The translations under genes were made by a program, and so were the position numbers. From Dimorphilus gyrociliatus (Eukaryota > Animalia > Annelida), in contig CAJFCJ010000101.1 of assembly GCA_904063045.1 (NCBI GenBank), positions 1-41,970 of the forward strand: a stretch of 41,970 nucleotides of DNA, in the 5' to 3' direction. Of this stretch, positions 19,231-30,700 are shown in pieces. How positions within the stretch are numbered: position 1 is the stretch's first letter; every line of letters begins with the position of its first letter. The notes under the pieces are model-generated. The model was not told the origin of the DNA, did no database searches, and saw only the letters and a list, made by a program, of their open reading frames with translations.

Positions 19231-21329
19231 GTCAATTAATTTTCTATATTTGTTTTGAATAGTAATGGAGTCTTGGATGGCTAGAGGTCAACAGCACTAT
19301 GCAGTTTTCATAAGGCTTGAGAATATGCTTGTTGATTTTGATGAAACAGATGTGTTTATCCTATATATTACTTTATGTGAAAAGCAAAAAGTATTGATGA
19401 GATTATTCCACAAGGAGACCAATGATTATATGCAGTCTGCATTAAATTGCTGTGTTGAAAAGAATCTCAACAATCAAGAGAAAAATTGAAGAGTTAGTTC
19501 TAATTACTGGAAATAAATTCATATTTTTGTCTATTGTGTTTTCTAGAATGAAATGTCAATGAGAATAATAAATATTCCTTCTTTCTTTCTTTCTTGTGAA
19601 ATTAAAAAAGGATAAATTTGCTTCAAATTTCATAGAGAAATGGTATAAAAAAAGGCTATATTTTACTATTGAATATATAGGATAATTGTTGATTGTCTGA
19701 TGAATTCCCCATGGGGGGTAATAACTATTAGGTCAGCAACTAAATATTTGTAATGGCTACACCTTACTATCTTCTTTTATATAGATTAACTACTTTTTAT
19801 ATAGATTAATATATACATTATATACCTGCTGTTACTTTTTCACCTAAATTTAACCCTCCTTATTACATAAGAGTTGATGAACTTGTCAAAAAAGAACCCT
19901 TTTATTGTTCTCCATGATGGTCTTCTTGATAAGGCAAGTGTAATGAAAACTAATTTATCAAGTACTTTATCTTGACATGATTGTAGTTCTTAACACAATG
20001 TTAGTTCGTGGGAATGAAAAACAAAGGTTGATTCACTGTCACTTATAACACTTATGGGCTAGGTTTTGTAACTTTCAGATCACTAATTTTTACAAATTTT
20101 ATATTGATTTCAGTTGAAATTTTGTGTAGAATTCGAATATGTTAACTAAATAAAAGTATTCTGATAAAAATTTTTTTTTAATAATGATTTTATCGATTTT
20201 CCTCTTCTGTTTTATAGAAAAATGTATGATAACTTTGATGTATATAAATAATAAACAATAGAGAAGAGTTAAAATTTGTTAATGAAACTGTAATTTCATA
20301 TTAAAAGTATCTTTTTTTTATAGTTCTGTTTTAATTAATATATTTCATATTTTTAGAAATGATATTGTCTGCATAAAACTGTTTTTATACTTATCATCTT
20401 ATTATTATTCATATTAATTTCATATTTGTATACATCACTTCTTCAAATTGTATCAAATGCCATGAAGGTGGAGTTTTTCTCTTGAAGATAATTTTTTCAA
20501 CTTTATCAACAATTAAATGAAATGGATCAATTAAAGTTAAGTGAATTATTGGATAAATATCATGAGTTATATTGTCAAATTGTTGCAATTATGTTTGATA
20601 TTAATGATACTCTCTGTTCTGTTCATCATAACTTATTCTATTAGATATTTGTTAGCAAAAACTATGAAAAAAAATTAAATATCATAAAATTTATTGCTAT
20701 TTTGTTTTGCAAAACTAGACTTCAATTCTTTTTATGATAAATCAAAATCTTTGTTTCCATTTCTGAGGAAGAAGTTTCTTATATCTCACTTCTGTGAAAT
20801 ATTCCAATTTTTTTGTTTATTTATTTATTAGCAAAACATTCAAATTTCTGAAAATGTATTCATGCAAAGATCTGATTTTTAATTTAATTTTATTATCTTT
20901 TAGTTTTTCTATGTTTTTCTTCTGTTCTGTTTCTAATAGATAATTTATGTCTGTTAAGTCATTTAAATATATTTTGTTTATGAAAACATAAACATCTGAA
21001 ATAAAAAATTCTATATAATCTATTGTTAATTTTAGAAACATGGGTATTTCAATTCTAATTATTTATATTTTTTATTAATTCATATCAAATTCTATTTAAA
21101 TTTGATTTACCATTTATTTAGCTTTAAATTATCATTTTTAAGTCAATTTGTTTCAGTTAACTTAAATTAAAATTTTATTTATTTTTGATAAATGATGAAT
21201 TTTAAATTTAAAGGAAGTTTTATTTTCTTTTTCAATAAAAATTAGCAAAAATATATACACTTAAGGAAAATTAATATTGCTTAAAAACAAAATTTTATTT
21301 AATGAATATGAGAATGGAAATTTCATTAC

Positions 21330-24300
21330 TATTGAATATAGTTGCATCTGTAGCAATCATAACAGCTCCTTTCAATATCAAGATCTATATTCAGAGAATA
21401 GCTATTCATGAAGCAATCAATATTTTTCCCAGAATCAAACATCTGGCTTTCTTCTCTGCCATTCAAATAAATATTGCTATAAACATAATAAACACACTCC
21501 TGGAGTATATATGGAAAAAAAAACATTGTTCAATTGATGAAATGGAAAATGTCAGCCAAGATAATTTTTATCATTTTTGTTGTTCTTTGTCTAATCACAG
21601 TAATCCAAAAGTTGACTACTTCAATAGACAGAGGAAAAGCTATTTTTCAGAAAAATGCAATTACATTGAAGTTGATTAAGAGAATAGCTGTTAATGAAAT
21701 GTTTTCATTTTTTTGGTAGAATCAAATATCTGACTTTCTTCTCTGCCATTCAAATAAATGTTCTTCTAAGCGTAATAAACACACTCTTGGAGTATATATG
21801 GATAAAAAAAATGTTGTACAATTGTTCAAAAAGAAGAAGTTAGGGTTAGAACAACAAAAGTGATAAAAATATTATTGTCTGACACTTTTTAGTTGAAGGA
21901 AAGGTAATAAATTTACTTTGTGGGTGTCTTTTTTACCTTTAAAACAAATTTTATTTGGAAAATAGATATCCTTTTAAATGTAAGACACTTCTTAAGTAAG
22001 TTTTGAAAAAACACATGTAAAATCAAGTTCAATCAGATAAAAGCTGTTCATGAAAAAATTTAATATTTTTCCTAGAATCAAACCTCTGACTTTCTTCTCT
22101 GACATTCAAATAAATGTTGTTATAAATGTAATAAACACACTCCTGGAGTATATATAGGGATAAAAAAAAAGTTGTTCAATCCTTGAAATGTAAATAGTCA
22201 GCCAAGAAAATTTTTATCATTTTTTTTTCTATTGTCTAATCACAGTAATTCAAAAATTAATTATTTGAATAGACAGAGGAAAAGCTATCTTTGAGAAAAA
22301 CAGTTGTAAAATCCATGTAAAATCAAGTTGATTCAGAGAATAGCTGTTCATGAAACAATTTAAAATTTTTCCCTGAATCAAATGTACAACTTTCTTACTG
22401 TTGTTGAAATAAATGTTCTTATAAATGTGACAAACACATTCCTGAATTATATATGGATAAAAAAAATAGTTGTGCAATTGTTCAAAAGAAAAAGTTAGCT
22501 AAGAAAATTTTTATAAAGTTTTTTTTATTTTGTCTATTCAGAGGAATTGACTAAATTGTACAATCATTGATTTGGTAAATTGGAAAAATCTATGTAAGAA
22601 TATTTCTATATATTTTTTAATTTGTTTAATCACAAGAATTCAGTAGTTAGCTAACCTAACCCTGAAATTAATTTGTGAAGAATTAAATATCTGTCTTCCA
22701 TTTCTTTTCAAATACATATCATTTTAAATGTCATAAACACACTTCCCAAGTAAATTTATATAAAATGTATTATTGTTCATTTAGGAAATTAGAGAAAAGT
22801 TAGCAAGCAATTTTTTACTATTTTTTTTTCTTCTTTTCAAATGAATTCAGAATTTAACCATTTGAATGGCCAGTACACTGTCTTATTTTACAAAAAATGC
22901 ATACTACAGAAGGAAGTCAGATATTTGATTCTGTCAAAGAAAGGAAAATTTTTTATGGTCAGCTATTCTGACTGAAATGGATTTTACATACGTTTTTCTC
23001 ATGGATAGCTTTTCCACTGTCTATTCAAACAGTAAACTTTGAAATTTTTTGAATGAAGAATATACAAAAAAATACAAAAAAATATTGTTTGCAAACTTTT
23101 TCTAATTGCAATGGGTACATTGCATGAATATTCTACACCTAACCTTAACCCTAAAAAATATTAATTTTCGTCAACATGAATTAAAAAGGAGTTCTTAGGG
23201 AAAAAAAATACATTTGTACTTCTGAAATTTACATATCAATTCACAAAATTGTTTGAAGTCTTTAAATGCATTTTTCTCCAAAATAGCTCTTCAACTATTT
23301 ATTGAAACAGTTAACTTTGGAATTCCTGTGGTTAGAAAAACTATAACAAAAATGATAAAAATATTCTTGGCTAAATTTTTGAACATTTGAACAACGTTTT
23401 TTTTATCCATATATAGTCCAGGAGTGTGTTTATTACATTTTTTAAAACATTTATTTGAATACCAGCAAGAGAAGTCATATATTTGATTCCAGGAAAAATA
23501 TTAAATTGTCTCCTTAACAGTTGTTAATTTATCTGTTATTCTTTGACTGAACTGGATTTTACAATCATTTTTCTCTGATATAGCTCTTTGATTATTAATT
23601 GGAAAAGTTAACTTTTGATTTCCTGTGATTAGACAAAGAACTTTAAAAAATTCAGAAATATTCTTGGCTCACTTTTTCTTTTTGACCAATTGTACAACAT
23701 TTTATATTTTTTATATACTCCAGGATTTGTTTTGAACAATGTTTAATATGATATACATATACTCCAGCAGTGTGTTTATTACATTTATAAGAACATTTAT
23801 TAGAAAACCAGATAATAAAGTCAGTTATTGGATTCTGGCAAAAAAAATTGAACAATGTTTTTTTTATCCATATATATTCTTCAGGAGTGTGTTTATTACA
23901 TTTATAACAACATTTATTTGAATGTCAGAGAAGAAAGTCAGAGGTTTGATTCTGGGTTAAATATTATATTGTTTCATGAATAGCTATTCCTTGATTGAAC
24001 TGGATTTTCCAGGCGTTTTTCTCAAAGATAGCTTTTCCTGTCTATTCAAACAGTTAACTTAGGAATTACTGTGATTAGACAAAGATATACAAAGTCATAC
24101 TAACTCTGGAATATCATAATAGAACAATTTTTATAAATTGTTAAGAAATTTATATCTAACTTCTCTCTATGCTATTCAAATGAATGTTCTTTGAAACGTC
24201 AGTTAACTGTTTCAATGCAGTGTATTAGTAACTTATATTCGAGAAAAGGGCATACAAACATAGGTTGATTGAGAGAATAATCATCATTAAGAACTCTCAA

Positions 24301-25458
24301 GAAAATTGAAAAATTTTAATATTTTGTCAAGAATTTCTTATCTAACTTCTCTCTATGCTATTCAAATGAATGTTGTTTAAAACGTAAAAATCACAGTGTT
24401 TGTATGTTTATAGATGAAATTAAAAGATGTTAAATCATCGAAATTCAAAAATTAATCATTTTGAGACTTTCTGGTTCAGAAAGTATAACCCTAAGCTTTA
24501 TAGACTTTGCTTTTTGTTCAAATCAATTTTGTAAGAGTATTTTTAGGCTATTAAACTGTTCATTGAAACAGTTAAATTCTGAATTCGTTTGATGAATTTC
24601 TCTTGAAAAAATAAATAGTGAAAAAATTCTTTGCTAAATTTTTAGGAATTGAATGATTTTTAATTTTATCTCAATATACTTAAACAGTTTCTTCATAACA
24701 TTTCAAACAATATTTATTTTCAAATAAAGTATAAAATGTTATTAGGAGTGTGTTTATTACATTTAAAAAGATATATATTTGAATAGTTTAAACAAAGTCA
24801 GATATGAATAGGCATCTATTATTGTTGAAATTTGGACAATCTTTGCAAACACTTAAATCAATTGAAAACTAATAGCTGTGTATATCTTAAACGTGATATA
24901 TAGTTCATAATATATATATACTATTAGATTGTGCAATTGTTCATTTGGTGAATTTGAAAAGTTTAATTGCTTAAAATGCTCTTACAATATCTATATGGAT
25001 GAAAAGCAAAATCTATAAGGCTTTGGGTAAGGGTTATATTTCTTTAACCAGATAGTCTCAGAAATGAATAATGTTGATATTTTTTTAAGAATGAATTCTC
25101 TGGGTTTCTTTTCTTGTAATCGAAAAAATATTGTTTTAAACATAATAAACACTCTCCTTGTGTAAGTATAAACGAAATTAAAAGTTGTTCCATAACTTAA
25201 CTAGAAAATGTTATCAAAGGAAAATTTTATTTATTTTCCTTTTTTTCTGGCATTCAAATAAATATTGTTATAAACGTAATAGACACACTCCTGGAGTATA
25301 TATATGGATAAAAAAAACGTTGTTCAATCCTTCAAAATGAAAAAAGTTTTTTTTTTTACCTTTATATACTGCAGGAGTATGTTTTGAACAACATTTAATA
25401 TCACCTATATACATGACACTGGTGTGTTTATTATGTTTAAAAAATCATTTATTCGAAT
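21330..25458. repeat. Degenerate ~290-300-bp repeat array with copies in both orientations
   Basis: Marker aataaacacactcctggagtatatatgg on + near 21487, 21774, 22130, 22430, 22735 and 25280. Reverse complement near 23410, 23770, 23880, 24750 and 25420. Confidence 0.85.
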
Positions 25459-26271
25459 TGTACACTACATTCGTCAGCTATATTCTACAATAGAGAAGTA
25501 GTATTGAACCAGTATTGTACTATGCAGATAGCACTGATAAAGATAAGCAGTAGTGACCTAGTTTCGCATAGGGCAGTGCATACACATTATGCAGTAATAA
25601 AACCTATTGAATTATATAAAGAATATTTGCTATTTGCAACCTAGCATTAATATTACAATTTATTAATCCATAAATTTATGATTTTGAACTAAAACTAGTT
25701 CAATTAATTATCAATTATGCTTAAATTCTAAGTTTAGATTATATTCACTATTCAACAGTATTGTATACACAATACTGTTCTTTTTAACATGCATTAATCA
25801 GATATACTTCCTCCTTATATGCTGATGCTAAATTTACTAACTCAATCAATTGAATATCATTATTAAGGTAGAATATAAAGACAGTCAAATATACAATCTA
25901 CATGTTTTCTTGATTGTTGGACTTGTGCTACTAAAATTGTTACATCTTATGCAACTCTCCAACCTTCGAAATTCAACTATTATTTAGAAGAGGAAAACAA
26001 TAAAAACATGACCATATTTAGAACTTTTCTTTGTCTTCAAATGTTACTTTTGTTTTTGTGAACATGGAAATTTGTCAACTATCAACCCTTAAAAGAGTAT
26101 ATAAACCCTACGAAATTAACAGTTGATAGTTCAGTTTTCTAACTGTCAGCTAGTTGTTTAAACTAGCTTGTTTAGAACTAGAAGCTCATTTTACTCAATA
26201 CATATTCTTTGGACGAAATACTGGTGTTTTCTTAATCAATTTCTACCAAAATTGCCTTTGTTAGACTATTT
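25459..26271 (+). repeat. Truncated 5' LTR of element 2 (last 121 bp, PBS and gag start deleted)
   Basis: Matches 33062-33871, then jumps into mid-gag sequence. No PBS follows. Confidence 0.95.
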
Positions 26272-26694
26272 AAAGGAAAAATTGTTAATCATGTGGAAAA
26301 AGATGGAAAGATTAACTCAGTTAATCAGTATATTAAATTGGCAAAAAGAGCAGAAATATTTTTTGATAATGCAAGAAAAGAAAGCGAAAATGAATTCAAA
26401 CAGTACAAAAGGAGATTTGACAACAATCAGAGTAACTCAAATCAAAATGAACATACATTTAAACCTTTTTCTCAAAATAGATTTCAACAACAAAGAAATG
26501 GAAATGCAGGAAATAATGAAAAAGGCAGCTTTAACAGACTAATACATGTTGGACCTGATGAACCTAATGAAACTGAAATTTCTAAAGGAAGAATGGCAAT
26601 ATTTAATCTCAAAGAAGAGAAAATCGCACATTTTAAGTGTACTTCTTTGGTAAAAGGCAGAAAAGATTTTGCAATTTCGAATGAAAAATCATAA
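26272..26694 (+). pseudogene. gag: Gag C-terminal remnant of element 2
   Basis: IVNHVEKDGKINSVNQYIKLAKRAE parallels element 1 ILHLVYTLHPKCQTLAELYEAAKQAE. It is followed by an N/Q-rich stretch with no CCHC knuckle. Confidence 0.65.
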
Positions 26695-27778
26695 TGGAAG
26701 AGAGGTTATTGCTTTATGTGATTCAGGAGCACTTTTGTCATTTATTACAGAAAAAGAAATCAGGTTAATGGATTCTAAATTCATCAAGAAAGAAACTACT
26801 GGCTTACCAATCATCACTTCAGCAGAGGGAAATGCTTTAAAGACAAAAGGAAAAACAAAACTGAATATTCAATTTAATGGAAGAATTATGGAACAAGAAT
26901 TCTTTATTATGGAAAAACTAGATATGGCTATAATACTTGGTTGTGATTTCTTAGAAAATGCTGGAGCTCTTATTGATTTTGCAACAAAACAAGTTTCTCT
27001 TCCATTCTTTATCAGAAAAGGACAACCAGTTAGAAAGTTTTTGCAATATAACGAAAATCACCAAACAAAATTTGGAAAACAAGGCAGTGTAAAAAAAGTA
27101 ACTGTTGGAATGATGGGACAGTATTTTGAAGATTCTGACACTCCATCTGAAGTTTTTGATACTCCATCTGAAGTTTCAGATAGTGTGGACTCAGAAATGG
27201 AAGTTACTGATCCAGATACTGGCTATGATACAAGCAACACTCATGGTTCAAGCATAGTTTATGAGGGATTCAATGGTTTTGATTCAAATAGCAATTATGG
27301 CACAGATGAAAGTTCCAGTACTTCTGAAAATTATGATACAGAAACAAGTATTGAATCAGATCACAGCCCAGACTCAGATTTGGATATAATCAATGGTACA
27401 AGCTCATCTGAAGATGAAATTAGTGATTCAACTGATTCTGATCATGGTTCAATGATTGTTATAGACTCATCTGAGGAAGAGCTTGATAACATAACTGAGC
27501 CTGATAATGATTCAATGATTGTTATAGACTCATCTGAAGAAGAGACCAGTAACACAATTGAGTCTGACAATGATTCCATAACGGTTATAGACTCATCTGA
27601 TGAAGAGACTGGAAATATACCTAAGTCTGACAATGACTCAGTTATTCTCATAAATTCCTCTGAAGAAGAAACTGAAGACTTGGCTATGGAAATGGAAATG
27701 AAACCACAATATAGAATTAGAAGATGGAATAACTATCAAAGTGGAAAAAGAACAAAAGAAAAATCCAGTAACACCTGA
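26669..27778 (+). CDS. pol: Aspartic protease plus acidic repeat block of element 2
   Basis: ALCDSGA..IILGCDFL. Frame breaks near 26670 and 27712 are both read through in frame in the element 1 homologue (DFQFR; PQYIELEDGITI). Confidence 0.9.
   Translation: MQFRMKNHNGREVIALCDSGALLSFITEKEIRLMDSKFIKKETTGLPIITSAEGNALKTKGKTKLNIQFNGRIMEQEFFIMEKLDMAIILGCDFLENAGALIDFATKQVSLPFFIRKGQPVRKFLQYNENHQTKFGKQGSVKKVTVGMMGQYFEDSDTPSEVFDTPSEVSDSVDSEMEVTDPDTGYDTSNTHGSSIVYEGFNGFDSNSNYGTDESSSTSENYDTETSIESDHSPDSDLDIINGTSSSEDEISDSTDSDHGSMIVIDSSEEELDNITEPDNDSMIVIDSSEEETSNTIESDNDSITVIDSSDEETGNIPKSDNDSVILINSSEEETEDLAMEMEMKPQYRIRRWNNYQSGKRTKEKSSNT
27449..27672 (+). repeat. 63-bp tandem repeat (3.5 copies) encoding (M/I/V)(I/T)(V/L)I(D/N)SS(E/D)EE units
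   Basis: Units start at 27449, 27512, 27575 and 27638. A separate 21-bp duplication (DTPSEV) lies at 27137-27176. Confidence 0.95.
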
Positions 27779-30700
27779 AATAGAAGAATTACAGTTGGAA
27801 AGTATTGAATTTGAACATTTGTCTAATCAAAATGTACACAATATTAATTCAAATACACTAGAAATTGACAATTATTTACATGTGTCCAAAAATAATCTTG
27901 ACAAGAACAGAGAAGAATTAAAAGAAATGATGAAGAATTATGAAGATATTATTGCTACAAATCAGAATGACATTGGTTCACCAGATGTTCCACCAATGGC
28001 AATTGAATTATTGGAAGATATAAAGCCTTTCAAACAAAGACCATACAGATTGCCACCCAACAAACAGCAGGAATGCAGGGATCAATTAAATGGATTATTG
28101 GAAAATGGTCTAATTAGAGCAAGCAAAAGCCAATGGGCTTCACCCATTGTTTTTGTGAAAAAGAAAGAAGGAACATTAAGAATGTGTGTGGATTACAGAA
28201 AACTTAACAAGCAATCAAAAAAGAATTGTTATCCAATTCCACATCAGGAAGATTTATTTGATAAGCTTGGAGGAGGCCACAAATATTTTTCTATATTGGA
28301 TTTAACAAGTGCATTTCATCATATTCCAATTAAAGAAGAAGATAAGGAGAAAACTGCTTTTATTACACCATTTGGTTTATTTGAATTCAACCGCATGCCA
28401 TTTGGTTTGGCTAATGCACCTTCACACTTCAGCTATATCATGGCAAATTTTGTTATTAATGGATTGGAAAACTTCTGCATTAATTATATGGATGATATTA
28501 TAGTTTTTACCAAAACATTGGAAGAACACTTTGTAGCTCTACAGAAACTTATGGAAAGAATCAAGGAAAAAGACTTCAGAATTAAACTGAGCAAATGTGC
28601 ATTCTTACAAGAATCAGTTCAATTCCTTGGTCATAGAATTACACAGAATGGTATTGAAACTGATCCTGAAAAGATTCAGAAAATAAAAGATGCCAAATTA
28701 CCTATGTTTGCAAATACTCTGTTGAGTTTTGTGGCATTTTGTGGTTATTATAGAAGATTTGTTAAAGATTTTGCAAAAATCACAAAACCTTTGAGAGAAT
28801 TATTAAAAGTACACCAAAAGACAGAAAAACTGAAATGGACAAAAAAAGCAGAGGAAGCTTATGAAACACTAAGGAATGCAATGACAGAGCCCCCAATCCT
28901 TCAACTGCCAGACTTTACTAAATCATTCTATTTAACAACAGATGCTTCTAATTATGCAGTTGGTGCAGTTCTAGAACAAGAATGGGAAGAAGATGGAAAG
29001 AAAATAAGAAAACCAATTTCTTTTGCTTCCAAGCTCCTAATCAATACACAACTAAGATATGCAGCTTATCAAAAAGAGGCTTTTGCAGTATATTGGGCAG
29101 TACAAAAATTCTCCCATTATCTACAGTATAAGAAATTTTTTCTCTACACTGATCACCAAAATTTGGTACAAACATTTGTACAAAACAAACTGAATACAAG
29201 TACTGTTAAAAGGGTGATGGCACTTATGGATATGGATTTTGAAATAATATACATACCAGGAAGAACTAATAGAGCAGACTGGATATCAAGAATTGGTGAA
29301 ACTGATGAAGTAATTGATTTTCGTAATTTACTTAAGGAAAGATTAAATGAAGAAAAACAAAATGGCAATACAGTTCCCCAATTAGCAGAAAGAAAGGATA
29401 TGCTTAAATGCTTTTATATTGATACAGAGGACTTAGAAGAATTAGATGATTGTTTAGATGACAATCTAGACAATGATTATGATGAAGACATAACTGAAAT
29501 CCAAGCCCAGATTATGAAACTAAAAATCACACCAGTTGAAATAAACTTCTATAGAGAACAAGTATTAGATACTCCACTAATGAAAGTTGTAGACAAATTG
29601 GAAGGAGAAAACATTGATAATGGGTCTTTGAATGAATATGGAAACTTTATTGAATCTATGTTTGTAAAAGAAGACCTTGAATGGTATCTAAATGGCTGTC
29701 AACCACTACTTGTAATTCCACTATCAACTCTAACAAACTTACTTGGACAAATTCATCAACATCAACTATTTGAGCACTATGGTGTAGACATAACAATTCA
29801 CACTTTGGAGCAAGCTTTCTGGCACCCAAAGCTAAAGAAAACAATTAAAGATCACATAAAGAGTTGTGAATTTTGTGAGCAATTAAGAGCACCAGGCAAC
29901 AAACATCTGTTGGTTGAAACACCTCACCCAACTTTACCAATGCAAAGAATAGCTATGGACATAATGGGACCTCTGACTGGACATGATTCTTACAAGTATA
30001 TACTTGTCATTATAGACCACATGTCCAGATTTACCAACATATTCCCTCTAAAAACTCAAACAGCTGAGGAAATTTCTAAACATTTGTTTTTCAACTATTT
30101 CCCAATATTTGGTATCCCAGAAGAAATTCTCACAGATCAAGGAAGGAATTTTCTTGGGGAAATCTTTACAGAAATGGTGACATCAATGGGAATACGAAAA
30201 ATTAAAACAACAGCATTCCATAGCCAAAGTAATGGAATGGTAGAAAGAAAGAATTTGGAAATTTGTAGAGCACTACATAAACATGTAGTTATGGAACAAT
30301 TAACAGATTGGACAAGACAGTTACCATTAATTCAGACATGTTTAAATCAAATTCCAGTTGGAAGCACTGGCAAAACCCCACATGAAATATTATTTGGATT
30401 GAAGAATAGAAATGTTTTAGACCTGTTAATGGAAGTTCCAAGATTAGAACCAACAACAAAATTCTTATTTGATAGAAAACATGAACTTGAAGAAATTAGA
30501 GCAACAGCACTTTGCAAATCTGTTCTAAAAAAGAAGGAATATAGAGATAGAGTTAATAAAGCTATTACAAGAAAACCTCCAACTTACAAAATTGGTGATT
30601 GGGTACACAAAAGAAATGAAAACATTGGTCAAGGAATGAACAGAATAAATACAAGCAAATGGAGTGGACCATATCTTGTAACTGCTACAGATACTACAAA

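Noticed and set aside
18100-21050. Coding-like fragments (minus 18100-18420, plus 19265-19489, minus 20400-21041)
   Set aside because: Short or stop-ridden with no recognisable family, so a gene model cannot be supported.
21302-23921. ORFs inside the ~300-bp array, and reading the array as a CRISPR locus
   Set aside because: The ORFs are not preserved between units. The repeats are long and degenerate with no unique spacers, there are no cas genes, and the context is eukaryotic.
26660-26685. Programmed frameshift between element 2 gag and protease
   Set aside because: The homologous sequence in element 1 (NDFQFR) reads through in frame, so a one-base indel is the simpler explanation.
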